A stretch of DNA of 63,880 nt, the filler included, from Octopus bimaculoides (Eukaryota): NCBI RefSeq assembly GCF_001194135.2. It is 7 parts of 7 records of this genome, joined end to end, with 100 filler letters (N's around TTAATTAATTAA, not from the genome) between each part and the next. Parts side by side here need not be neighbours in the genome. Positions count along the whole stretch, not along the records: positions 1 to 28,950 come from NC_068995.1; positions 29,051 to 38,899 come from NC_069002.1; 5 more parts are not named here. The stretch is one strand, 5' to 3'. The translations under genes were made by a program, and so were the position numbers. Below are positions 23,605 to 36,312 of the stretch, in pieces; position 1 is the stretch's first letter, and every line of letters starts with the position of its first letter. The notes beneath the pieces were generated by a model. That model had not been told where the DNA came from, made no database searches, and was given only the letters and a program-made list of their open reading frames with translations.

Positions 23605-25276
23605 CATGAGTTCAAATTCTGACACAAGCATTCCAATTTGCACTGAGTAAGGTATATTTCATTAATGTATCTATTCATTCTCAATACATTCTGGCAAATT
23701 TGAACATGAATATTTGATCACTGTTGTTTTTCATCATCAGACAATATATCCTCTCTTTAGATGATGTGGGTTTATAACACATGATTCATCAGTGTTAGGG
23801 GACTTTGAAACACAGTGGCATTTCAGCCTTATTGTGCCTCCTCAGTCAAAGGTAGCTCACTCTGGTGAATCTAACAAGAATATAGGCTCTGGTTTAAATA
23901 AATTAGCAAACAAATTATTTGTTGATGTATGCTAATGCCTGTCAAATAGATCATTCAAGAGGTGCATGCAGAACTGCCAGAATCCAAACAATATCTATTA
24001 ATTTTCAATATATTCTGTCAGATTCCAATGTAAAAGTCTGATCACTGTTGTTTCTTATCATCAGAAAACATCTCCCAATGTACATAACATGTGTAATTCA
24101 TTGGTGTGAATGGACTTTGAGACACTGCAGTTTTTCAACCTTATTGTGTGTCTCTTCAAACTGAGAGTAAATCCCCTTACGTCAGTGAGATGCATGTATT
24201 ATGAACGCACATTGACTAAAAGGGTGTGTTCAATAATGGAAAACAAGTAATTGGATATTCATGTTCAGACCTGACAGAACATATTGAGAATAAATTAGAT
24301 ACATTATTGTTTCGATCCATGTTGTTCTATGAGCATCTCAAAAATTATGAGGCATATTTTAGTTTTCACATCACGACTTACACTTTATGCCCTCCTGCAT
24401 TAGTTACATAAACAACCAATGAAGAAGCCTCTTCAGAACTGGTGGGGAAACCCTTGTCACATGTGAGATTTTCCTCACATTCAAATGACAAACTGGTCAC
24501 TGACAAAGGCACAAGGCAAAAAACAGAAATTTGTTAGTTATATTTTTGCAGTTGTAAAATGAAAAAGTTATTTTTCTAAGAAGAGATGCACCTCACAACA
24601 GATTCTTATGCTTTTACAATTCACTTTTAGGACTAAAAAGATTTCTCCAAATCAGCTCCATGCATTTGTATGATCAACTAGAAATAGCAGCCAAACCTTC
24701 CTCAAATAAAATCCTGTCTTGTTTGTTTGTTTAATTTCGTCAAAAGAGACTTACTGTGTCTGAATAAATGATTGGATAAACAAGACTGCAAGGCCTTTGA
24801 TCATAAGTCTGCTTGATAAGAGCTAACTTTGTATCTAAACAACACATAAACAAGATGCATTTCTTCAAATATTTTAAGGTAACAAATACTCAAGATCAAT
24901 GGCACTTATGTCTCCATCTGTTTTTGTTGTTGTTTAAGCAATTATGAGAAAGACCAAAACAAATAAATGAAATAATTTTAAGAAATTTCCTAACTTCTTC
25001 AAATGTTGTTTAACCCCATGTTAGTCTTGATTGAGGAGCAATTTGGCTGCTATCTCTTGCAAGTCAGACAACTAACACTTTCATAGCTATTGTAGATGGG
25101 CAAAAAGGCTAAAACAAAAGTGTAAAAATTGGAATTGTTTCAGTAAAAAGTGAAACTGTTGAGATGTGAAGATTTAAAAAAGATAAATATCAATGATCTT
25201 GTTTCACGACAAAGGTAGTTTATAAATGGCCACTCAAACAATCCATATAAATGTTTTGAGTAACAGAATCATGTTC

Positions 25277-25530
25277 ATCATCATCATCGTTTAACGTCCG
25301 CTTTCCATGCTTGCATGGGTTGGACGATTTGACTGAGGGCTAGTGAACCAGATGGCTACACCAGGCTCNNNNNNNNNNCAGAGTTTCTACAGCTGGATGC
25401 CCTTCCTAACGCCAACCACTCCGAGAGTGTAGTGGGTGCTTTTACGTGCCACCGGCACGAAGGCCAGTCTGGTGGTACTGGCAACGGCCATGCTCAAAAT
25501 GGTGTATTTTACATGCCACCTGCACAGGAA
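25277..25530 (-). mobile_element. Repeat family D copy
   Basis: reverse complement of the 9915-10243 family. Confidence 0.75.
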
Positions 25531-27732
25531 TGAAAAATCTGTAAAGAAAAAGTTGTGATGATGAAATAGTTGTTTTATGATAAGATGAATTTAAAGAATA
25601 TTGCGAAATTAGTAAAACTGAGATTTGTGCTTTCTACAACAAATTAGGAAAATGTTTATTGAAAATACAACCTGGACATTAGAAAAAGTAAAGAACAAGG
25701 ACAGATATATACTCTACCAACATGGAGGCACACTCGGGTCAGCTTCACATCCGCATTTTATCCAAGCACCTGAAGGACCCAACACTCAGATAAATACAAG
25801 AGTATGTCCTCATAAATGAAACATCCCCAGTACTAAATAGGAAATATACATAGAAGGTATCATACCCCAATACCCACGGTTTATATAGTCACACAAACCC
25901 ATACAGACACACACAAACATGCACACACAAGGAGACAGAGGTACACACACACAAATAAACATACATGCAGACACACACACACACAAACATAAACACAAAC
26001 ATGAACACACAAGTACATGGCTATGCAGAATACATACATACATACAAACGTGCATACATATATATATATATATATANNNNNNNNNNNNNNNNNNNNNNNN
26101 NNNNNNNNNNNNNNNNNNNNNNNNNNNNNNNNNNNNNNNNNNNNNNNNNNNNNNNNNNNNNNNNNNNNNNNNNNNNNNNNNNNNNNNNNNNNNNNNNNNN
26201 NNNNNNNNNNNNNNNNNNNNNNNNNNNNNNNNNNNNNNNNNNNNNNNNNNNNNNNNNNNNNNNNNNNNNNNNNNNNNNNNNNNNNNNNNNNNNNNNNNNN
26301 NNNNNNNNNNNNNNNNNNNNNNNNNNNNNNNNNNNNNNNNNNNNNNNNNNNNNNNNNNNNNNNNNNNNNNNNNNNNNNNNNNNNNNNNNNNNNNNNNNNN
26401 NNNNNNNNNNNNNNNNNNNNNNNNNNNNNNNNNNNNNNNNNNNNNNNNNNNNNNNNNNNNNNNNNNNNNNNNNNNNNNNNNNNNNNNNNNNNNNNNNNNN
26501 NNNNNNNNNNNNNNNNNNNNNNNNNNNNNNNNNTGAATAAAATCTGTTGTAAGTTTAGACTATCTTTTGTAAATTCATTTCAGTAAATCCAGAAATGATT
26601 CAGTTGTTACAAATACATATCTTAACACCCAGCTGTGAATCAGACATTTCTTTGTATGTTTATTTTTACTTCAATATCTTTGTTGTTTTGTAGCAACTAA
26701 AGAGCAGTAAAAAAAAAAAGAAAAAAAAGAAAAAAACAATACATGCAATAAGTGGCTTAGGTTGCAGAGATTTAAAACTGCTTGGAAATCTGTCAGTAGT
26801 TTTTATTTAAAAAGGGGAAAAGAAAAGAAAAGAAGAAAAACGAGGTCAGAAGGCCATTAGCAGAGAACATTCTCAAAGTAACTACAATAGATTTCCCTCC
26901 AACTAAGATAGTTATAAAAGGCTGTATATTGTATAGATTCCAATATAGGTAGAGTATGACCTTAGAAATGTTAAATTTTACAACAATTATATTTCCTGAA
27001 TCATGCTTGAACTTTTGTTGTGTGTTTATCATTAATTTAACATGATCTTGCATGATAATGACTGATTAATGTAAGACAACACCAAAACCAACAAAACATT
27101 TGAATGCAATAGTTAGTTGAATTTGTTTGTTTGTTTGTGTGTCCCTCTAATAAGAGTGGATCTTTTGTTTAATCAAACGAAAGAAGTAATTGAAAATTTC
27201 AGCAACAGTTAATAGATATCTATTTAAAATATTCAATTCTGTTGACTTATTATAAATGTTAATTTAAAAGAAATTCTTATGATACTGACGATAGAAAGAT
27301 TAATTTTTTCTGCCAATTATAACCTGAGAAAAATAAAAATTATCTTTCTATCACTAAACAGGTTGATAACTGAAATGAGATAACCTAAATGTCAAATATA
27401 ATGGTCAAAAATTGTGACAGTTTATGGGAATGTTTCTACCGCCTTGCCTGGGAAAATAAAATCTCTAATGTAAATAATAATGTTCTCCTGGATCTAAAAA
27501 TTCCCAATAAATTATGAAATATTTAGTAGACTCATCCGATAACATAATTTAGTTAGTATTAACATTTTGAAAGCAAGGGAGTATTAAATATAACTAAAAA
27601 TAATTATGTAGAAAATAAGAAAAACAATAGTCAATGAATAACTTTTTTTTTTTCAATGTGCAAGGGGAGCAACTCTGGATATGGTTTTAAGAAATAGCTA
27701 AATCATTATAATGTACATGCAATATCTCTTCC

Positions 27733-28370
27733 GATGGTCGTCCCTTGCCGTGGTGGAAGAGCTTGTGTGTTCCAATGATTCCGAGAGCGATGCCGTCTGG
27801 AGTCTTAGACTCCTGGTAGGGCCATCCATGGCGGAAAGGTCGAAGATGAGGTCCCAGGCTAAACACGACCAAACACCAACATCAAGACCCCAANNNNNNN
27901 NNNGAGTCTTAGACTCCTGGTAGGGCCATCCATGGCGGAAAGGTCGAAGATGAAGTCCCAGGCTAAACACGACCAAACACCAACATCAAGACCCCAACGG
28001 CGGAGGAGGGCTATCTCAAGCCCTCAAGGATTGGCTCCGGCGGAAGAGGGCAATGCCTGGCGGGCAGGTGTGACAAAGGCGGATAGACTCTGACAGCTAG
28101 CTGCAACCAGTCTCATCAAGACTGCACGTCTCAATTCTTGAGCCGCAGTGGAGAAGTTCCTGGCCAAGTGCATGTGCGTGACCGTCGTGCAGCCACGATC
28201 ACCTTAAACAATTTACTCAGCGAATGGCTTCGTCTTTCTAATCTGTCTTCGGCACAAACATCAACCGAGGAGACTGAATGGAAACTGACGAACCCAATGC
28301 TCGGATACGAGCTGGAGCCGACTACATACAATATTGTACATTGGTTGGTGTAGGAAATAGAATTATTTAG
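27733..28370 (+). mobile_element. 5' region of an RTE-type LINE (GC-rich, structured); part duplicated across the small gap
   Basis: ccttgccgtggtggaagagcttgtgtgttccaatga..ctggtagggccatccatggcggaaaggtc resembles, from memory, the 5' block of BovB/Expander-type RTEs; hairpins GGAGTC-TTA-GACTCC and GAGGGCT-ATCTCA-AGCCCTC. Confidence 0.5.
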
Positions 28371-28422
28371 AGAAAAATTCAGAAATGTCATCCATGCAAA
28401 TGAAAAATAAATAGTTGAGTTT

Positions 28423-28458
<36 letters not shown>

Positions 28459-28950
28459 ACCCATTTTCCATGCTGTCATGGGTTGGATAATTCGATAGGA
28501 TGTGGTGAGCCACTGAGCTGTGCCAAGTTCCAGTGTCAGCTTTGGCATGGTCTCACAGTTCTCTACCTGGTACCAACCATATTACAGCATGTAAAAGGTG
28601 CTGTTTTGCATGCCACCAGCAACAGTGAGGTTGTCATGTAACTTCAAGACAGAAAAAGAACAGGAAAAAAGGAAGAGGGAAAGATGTTGACATTTTTATG
28701 TTCAGACATGTCTCGTGTACTTACTCAAAACTGAAAACATTTACCATCAATCATTGTTCCCTCGTAGTTATTTCAGGTTAGGTTTTAAATGCTTCTTGTA
28801 TTAAATACGTTAACACTAACAAAACTACTATTTTCATGAAGATAGAATCTTTGAATTATTTAATACTTCCCAAGTCATATAGACTCATAGAATCAGTTTC
28901 TCAGTTTGTATGGCATATATATATATATATATATATATCTATATATATAT

Positions 28951-29050
28951 NNNNNNNNNNNNNNNNNNNNNNNNNNNNNNNNNNNNNNNNNNNNTTAATT
29001 AATTAANNNNNNNNNNNNNNNNNNNNNNNNNNNNNNNNNNNNNNNNNNNN
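28951..29050. other. Artificial 100-bp scaffold spacer
   Basis: 44 N + TTAATTAATTAA + 44 N. Confidence 0.97.
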
Positions 29051-29084
<34 letters not shown>

Positions 29085-30669
29085 GACACATAGCTAAAAC
29101 AGTATGTGGTATTCATTGCAAATGTCAGCACATATCCTGTAGCTTATACGTGTTCCCATCGTATCACACTGCAGGTGGCAGTTCTTCGTTTCAAACCTAA
29201 TTATTGTAATATATTTTAATATATAAAGTTCTCTCGATGGTTAACCAGTAGACATTTTCAAGCAGTATATATCCTATTTGCATAAGCTTTGTCTAATAAT
29301 GCGATATATATTATTATGGGCACCACGATAAATGGGATTAGAATCTGACGTAGGTCTGGGTTTGAAATGAGATCGTAAAAGCAGGTAACAGAACTCTAAT
29401 ATCATCTGGCACCTCTATCATCGCGTGTATAACATGCCTTATATGTATGTCATGGCTGGTATCGTTCTACATGTGTGTATGCGTATATGCTTATATATGT
29501 GTTTGTATGTGTGCCACCCCCGCCATCGCTTGACAACTGATGTTGGCGTGTTTACCTCCCCAAAATTTTATCGTTTCAGCAAAAGAAAGCGGTGGAATAA
29601 TGACTAGGCCTAAAATGACTAAGTCCTCTGTTCGACTTGTTCGACTAAAGTGGTGCTCCAGCATGGCAGTAGATGCACACACACACACACATACACACAC
29701 ACACACACACACACATACAGACACATACATATATATATATATATATANNNNNNNNNNNNNNNNNNNNNNNNNNNNNNNNNNNNNNNNNNNNNNNNNNNNN
29801 NNNNNNNNNNNNNNNNNNNNNNNNNNNNNNNNNNNNNNNNNNNNNNNNNNNNNNNNNNNNNNNNNNNNNNNNNNNNNNNNNNNNNNNNNNNNNNNNNNNN
29901 NNNNNNNNNNNNNNNNNNNNNNNNNNNNNNNNNNNNNNNNNNNNNNNNNNNNNNNNNNNNNNNNNNNNNNNNATATATGTATATTTATTTATTTATAAAT
30001 ATATATATTTATATGTATATATATATATATACACGCACACACACATGTATACATGCAGGTTTCTTACTTTGGCAAAAAGCCTTATATTTTGGCGGAGGGT
30101 TCAAGTAGCTTACACCTACACCATTGCTCAACTGGTTTGTTATTCTATCGGCCCCTTAGCTTCGACTTGGTGGTATTTGAACTCAGAACTTAAAACGGAT
30201 GAAATGCTGCCAAGTATTCTGTCAGTTGTGGTAACAATGCTGCCTTCTGAAATGTGCGTTGTACTCTCCCTGAATAATTGAACGTGCATCTCACATCTCA
30301 CATTCCTGTGAATATCTTTGCTAATCTCTTACTTAGCGAGGACGCAGTTGATTTCATTTGTTTCTCTCTTGTTATTCACCGCCATTTTATGATTCTCTAA
30401 TCTTCATCAGCTCTCACGTTAATGTCATCGAATTAGTTTCTATTGCTTGGATACAGGAACTGTAATTTCCATCATTAAGACGTCATTAGGCGTTCATTGT
30501 TTCCAAAGTTTGAAATGCGTCATTCACATCCATGACCCGGTTCGCCTTGACCACTTTCTTTCACTTTTAGTCGCTATCACAAGTAGCAATATTTATTGTA
30601 TCCTTTTGAGTTTGCGTCGCTTTTATGTTTTCCTGGGATATTTCACCTATATACTTTATTCTTGTGGAA

Positions 30670-31050
30670 TCGCAATGGCCCAGTGGTTAGGGCAGCGGAC
30701 TCGCAGTCATAGGATCGCGCTTTCGATTCCAATACCGGGCGTTGTGAGTGTTTATTGACCGAAAACACATAAAGCTCCCTCGAGGCTCCGGCAGGGGACG
30801 GTGGTGGACCCTGCTGTACTCTTTCCCCACAACTTACTCTCACTCTTTCTTCCTCTTTCTGTTATGCCTGTACTTCAAATGGGTCAGTCTTGTCACACTG
30901 TGTCACGCTGAATATCCCCGAGAACTACGTTAAGGGTACACGTGTATGTGGAGTGCTCAGCCAATTGCACGTTAAGTTCACGAGCAGGCTGTTCCGTTGA
31001 TCGGATCAACTGGAACCTTCGACGTCGTAAGCGACGGAGTGCCAACAACA
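30670..31050 (+). mobile_element. tRNA-headed SINE family B, full length
   Basis: head ggcccagtggttagggcagcggactc..ttcgattcc; body gagaactacgttaagggtacacgtg; end gacggagtgccaacaac; partial copies at 14176-14437 and 62847-63088. Confidence 0.8.
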
Positions 31051-32039
31051 TGATAATATGGTGGATTCAGAGATGTAGAGAGGCCGTCGCTTCCTGTAAC
31101 TATTATTGATATAGAAAAGTTCCTTGATATACAGCCCCTTTCGTGCCTTTTGTTAATATGGTTCTGGTAATGATATTTAGTTCAGCGAATTTTGACTCGC
31201 ATATAACAGCTCCGCTTCAAACTCGGAGTACCTCTTCAGGAATTCTTTGTCAACTCCGAATATGTAATTAATTTTATTGCTGCTTTCTCTAACCGGAAGA
31301 ACAATATTATAAAGAACTTCACAACATGGAATATTCTTCGAAATAAACGATTTCTGCTTGTGACTTTAGTAATTGATTTTCTTCTCAGTGAAAGGTGCAC
31401 AGTGTTCTCGTTTTTCTTGTAATGGTATTGGCATTCGCAGATGGAAACTTGACAAGACTTATTGAGTCTTGTAGCCATAACAGAGAATTTCCTGCTAGTT
31501 TATCCAATAGATCGTTAACTGCATCTCTAGCGATAAGGAGCTCTCCGGGAGGACATGAAGACATTCTTCTTACTTGGGCTATCTCATCTGTCACTTATAA
31601 ATTACTTGCCAGTTATCTTGGAGAAACCCTATTAGTCAGAGTTTATACAGTTCATACAGAATATGTAAACCCATGGCAAGGGCTTGTTGTTCTTTCTGCG
31701 TTTGTCTATATTCTCTGGAACGAGTGCCACATACACAAACACCATGTTGAAAACCAAATACGATCTGTCGCCAGTCTCACACGTTACGCTCTACATACAT
31801 TATGGATATATGTATGAAAATAAGTTTGCGTATATGCATGTATTCATAAATAAATATTCATGTATGTATATATGCTTGTATATATGTCCTGAGCATGACT
31901 TTGAAGGGGGCCATATGGTGGAGCCCTGGTACGGAAGATCCGCGAATCTAAAGTGAGTGGAAGAAACTCAGCCACTATTGTTCTCAGGTGTGCCCTCAAC
32001 CGGAGAAGTACAAACTGTTAGAGACCAGAGTTAAGCTCC

Positions 32040-32790
32040 AGGTTTGGTGATTATGCGAATAAAGAGTCCGACGTAGGTCATATATCAGCGTGTCTATATA
32101 TAGATAAAATTTTATTTTTCAGAATGAGATAAAAACCCAAGGCTGTGAAGATTTGCGAACAATTAATAATAGAAGGTCTTACAGCTGTTTCCAGGATATT
32201 TATTATATCCTTTCATCGGAGACGGTGGCAGAACATGGTTTAGCAATAGTTAATTGAGATAAGATACGGAATAGAGAGGGAAGTGGAGGAATGAAAATAG
32301 ATGTGAGATATGCAGGGATATTGCGTTTGTAGATCCATTATTAGGCAGAATGGTATACATATAAGATTCCAATACCTTGTGAGTAAAATCCAATCTAATA
32401 CTTTTCTCCCTGTATCACCTTCCTCTCCCAATTCCTATTTTCAAATTATCTTGACTGACCACTAACTGGTACACTTTCCCTTATTAACTCTCTCCTTGTG
32501 TTTTCTTGTTTTCTTTTTTTCTGTCCTTTCTTTAGTCCTCTCTTCCTGTTTTTTTCTTCTTTTTTCTTTTATTCTTCTATTTGTTCTTCTCTTTTCTCTT
32601 TTGTTCTCTTTTGTTCATTCATCTCTTCTTATTTTCGATTTGACCTTGCAAATGCATTCCCTACTTTTAGGTCAGTTTAAATTAAGACCCTGGAATCAAT
32701 AGCACTGTGTACAAACTTTATACTTGGAATGACCAATTTTAGATACTATTGCATTGGATTTTACTGACAAGGTATTGGAATCTTATATAC
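32040..32790. mobile_element. Penelope-like non-autonomous repeat with internal inverted repeat
   Basis: contains the hammerhead motif; ~36-bp inverted repeat at 32359-32394 / 32753-32788. Confidence 0.45.
32176..32223 (-). ncRNA. Minimal type-I hammerhead ribozyme motif (Penelope-type)
   Basis: minus strand GTCT-CCGATGA-A-AGGATAT-aataa-ATATCCT-G-GAA-ACAGCTGT-A-AGAC: stems I, II and palindromic III, GUA cleavage triplet; U4 replaced by C. Confidence 0.65.
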
Positions 32791-32927
32791 ATATGTGTAT
32801 GTGTGTGTGTTAGTGGGGGTGGTTGTAGGTGTGGCTGTGTGTGTATGCATATCTGTATGCATGTATTTGTGTGCCTATATATCTATTTATATGTATATAT
32901 AGATGCATATATATATACATATATACA

Positions 32928-32988
<61 letters not shown>

Positions 32989-35299
32989 GTACGTATATAC
33001 TGTGAAGGAGAGAGAAACAGAAAAAAGGGAGAGAGAGGTAGTAGGTATACGCGTGCGCGTGCACACATATATATTCAATTTTTGCGCGCCAAACGTCTTC
33101 AGTGTTTCCGTAGTTTTACTCCTGTCTCTTTATTTCTCTTGTATGTGAAGTATTTTGTCTTTAGCTCATGTTCCTCACAAAAATAATAATAATAAAAAAA
33201 CAAATGATTATCCTTCCAAATAGGAGCCGATATATTGGTTGTTAATATCTTTAAGAATATTACTGTCACTTGGAAGCTTCCTTAGATCACGGCTTTGCAT
33301 GAACGTCACCCAAAACGCCTACATTAATCTGTCTGAAAACCCATTGCGATATAAACATGAACATCATAACTAACTGAATATTGTAACTGAATGATAATGG
33401 AATAATTTGTGGCTCATTACCACATCCGAAGTTCCTATATCTTAGATATGCAAAATGATTCCGTGGAGGCGTTGCCATGCTTGACATACTTCGCAGCGAT
33501 TTCGAGGAAACCTTAATAAACAAAGTGTATACAGATTATACATAAATTATAAGACATTAGTATGGACTTAACAGGTTTTGTCCGTCTGTTTCTCTGTGTC
33601 CCCCGGCATGTTCATATTAAAATAAATATTTGAATTGATATGAATATCTGTCTTCTTCTTGTTTTAGTTTTAGGAAGAGTCGTTGTATATCGTTGTTGAG
33701 TTAGAAATAAATGGTATTGGTTAACACTCGCTTTGTTTTAACATCATTTTGACGGATATTTTCTTCTGTTAAGTCGAGTAGTCCAAATACTGGAATCCAT
33801 ATTCTTGCATTAAACATATTGTGAGCCAATAATTTAGTGAATGAAGAGGGATCTGACGACCATCGTTATTAAATTTAAGACGTTATAAACACTGCATACG
33901 CACACCTTGATAAAAATCGTATCATATCCTATCCATGTTTGAGAATCCGCAGCATTCCTCATCCAATATCATAGAAAGTGACAGCCCATTCATTGAGATG
34001 TTACTAGCTTAGCTTATATTTCCCCCTTACATTTATGTCCATACATCTATCATAACCATCTTGCATTCCTGTATCATTCCACAGTGTCAAGACTCTATTT
34101 CTTGCCATTCATATTCGTTGCTTTCCTTTTCAGGTTCTGCAAGAAAATGTCATATGCGAAGCTATTATTCCTGTTTTCCTGTGAACCAATGACGTATTCT
34201 TTCAGTGTTGTACAACAAAAAGATCAACGGGGTTACTGAAAACAATGAGTGCTACAGAAAAGTATTGCTTCCTCGAATATAGTCATAGCAATACATTATC
34301 CTCTACGTAACAATATAATTTACTTCCCGTGTATAACTTCAGTATGATTTCTCAGGCAGGGCCACATTGTCTATGGTCCTGACTCTGATCCATGAATCTT
34401 TGATAAACCAAAGAGACTAGGTGGATGCTTGTAATTCAGACACACCGTAACCGTGTTTTTTGTCTGACGGCGCATATCACTATTTTGACTATGAAATCCT
34501 GTTCAATCCATGACCAAACTCTGATTTCCAGCTACGTCATTAAGGGCACACATTAAATTCTGGTTGTATACATTTTATATATTAAATATTAGCTCAACGA
34601 ACGGTTTCTAAAACGTTCCTGGATTTGTCAAAAATAAATATAAAGGAAAATCAGTTAATTATAATTGTATTCAACATATTCCCCTGTGTGATTCACAGAC
34701 TTTATTCAAACGGTCCTTCAGTTTTCCTAAGCCCTCTAAAAGAAGCCGGAAATTTGGCCCTCAGCACAGGTCTTTCGCGAAACCATTAAAATCAGGAACA
34801 TATCAGCATCCCCTCGTATATATGTAATATAATACATTAAAATTCCGGTTGTATATATTTTCTACACAGCATTCTACCCACATAATTCTTATACCTTGAA
34901 GTGTGTCATTCAAGTAGCTGATAGCATTCTGTCATGTGTCTGGTGTTGTTCTCTGTCATTGCTGCTGTCAGCGTCAAGTAGTAAGCTATATTTATATCAG
35001 CAAAGAGATCTTGTAGGCAAATTTCAAAAAGACAGACCGATAGATAATCAGATATACGCACCAGTATCTGGCCATCAAATCTCTTGGTGATTTCCTATTC
35101 TGAAGACTTTCAGTGACACAGTTAAAGGCATCACTTTTGATATTTCATGTGTCTGTTGTAATGTATACATTTCCGGATATTTTGACGCCATATTTCATCC
35201 TTCTCAACCAATTTTGTCTCATTTTACTTTCCAAAATACATCAGTAAATTTTTGAGAAGATTTACATCTCTGGCACACACAGACAGACACCCAAACGCA

Positions 35300-35353
<54 letters not shown>

Positions 35354-35616
35354 TACACCCCCACCCCCACCCCCACACACATACATACGCTAACAAACAG
35401 CACAAGTACATACAGACATACAAACTCGTACATTTATGACATGCATTCATACTCTGACACACATATGTACATGTGTGCATATGAATGTATATATCTATGT
35501 TTGTATGTATGTATGTATGTATGTATGTATGTATGTATGGATGGATGTATGTATGCATGCATGTATGTTTGTTTGTATATGTTTGTGAGTATGTATGTAT
35601 GGACGTGTGAATGCGA

Positions 35617-35660
<44 letters not shown>

Positions 35661-35788
35661 NNNNNNNNNNATGTATATATAAATATGTATAGGCGTGTGT
35701 GTGTTTGTTTGTATCGTTTGTGTGAGTGTATATGTGTGTGTCATTTTGTCTGTGTTTGCCACGCAACCCGGGTTGACAACCGCTGATG

Positions 35789-36312
35789 GCGTGTTTAAGG
35801 ACGGCATAAGGACTACTATGAAGTCACTTGGAATGGTTACAGAAGATATAGAAACCCTTGCTTCGGATCGAGTTGGGTGGCGAAGAAAGGTGGGGAGTGG
35901 AATCAAAGCATTTGAAGAGGCCAGAATAACGCAAGTAAGACTCAAAAGAGATCTATAGAAGAATGTAACGACCGAGAAGGTGAATGACAATGACCTTTTT
36001 TGTGCACAGTCTGTGATAGACCATGCCTGTCTTTTGCTGGTCTCAAATCTAATCTGCGAACGCATGGAAAACAAACCTTCACCAACTATTCTGCCTATAT
36101 GTCTGTGTACACCTTTGAATGAAGTGTATGCCAGAAGGTTTGCAAATCCAAAGGAGGCCTCAAATGACATGTTAAGATCCACAAAGAGCAGAGCTTATCT
36201 ACAGCTCTTGGTGGTCCGAATCAGAGGTTCAATCTATGTGGGTGTCTTTTTGAGAACAACATTGCCTCGTTTAAAAAGCCACACCACACGCCATGATGGT
36301 GCTAAAGTGTAG
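35789..36312 (+). mobile_element. 3' end of an RTE-type LINE ORF with three decayed C2H2 zinc fingers
   Basis: FKDGIRTTMKSLGM..ETLASDRVGWRRKVGSGIKAFE (RTE C-terminal pattern), then CTVCDRPCLSFAGLKSNLRTH and *SVCQKVCKSKGGLK*HVKIH in one frame, and a third frameshifted finger. Confidence 0.75.

Noticed and set aside
26845-26965. Possible minus-strand terminal exon (HTLPILESIQYTAFYNYLSWREIYCSYFENVLC*) convergent with HMGCR
   Set aside because: Weak acceptor, no recognisable homology and no partner exon found.
27800-27998. Apparent 95-bp tandem duplication
   Set aside because: The copies sit on either side of a ~10-N gap and differ by one base; typical of overlapping contig ends or haplotypes. 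The same holds for 20231-20345 and 48886-48919.
28995-29006. TTAATTAATTAA as a homeodomain site or transposon footprint
   Set aside because: It is centred in exactly 44+44 Ns six times; an assembly linker.
34134-34184. Strong acceptor followed by VLQENVICEAIIP, resembling HMGCR SVVCEAVIP
   Set aside because: Stop after 16 codons, different assembly segment and no other HMGCR-like sequence nearby; treated as coincidence.
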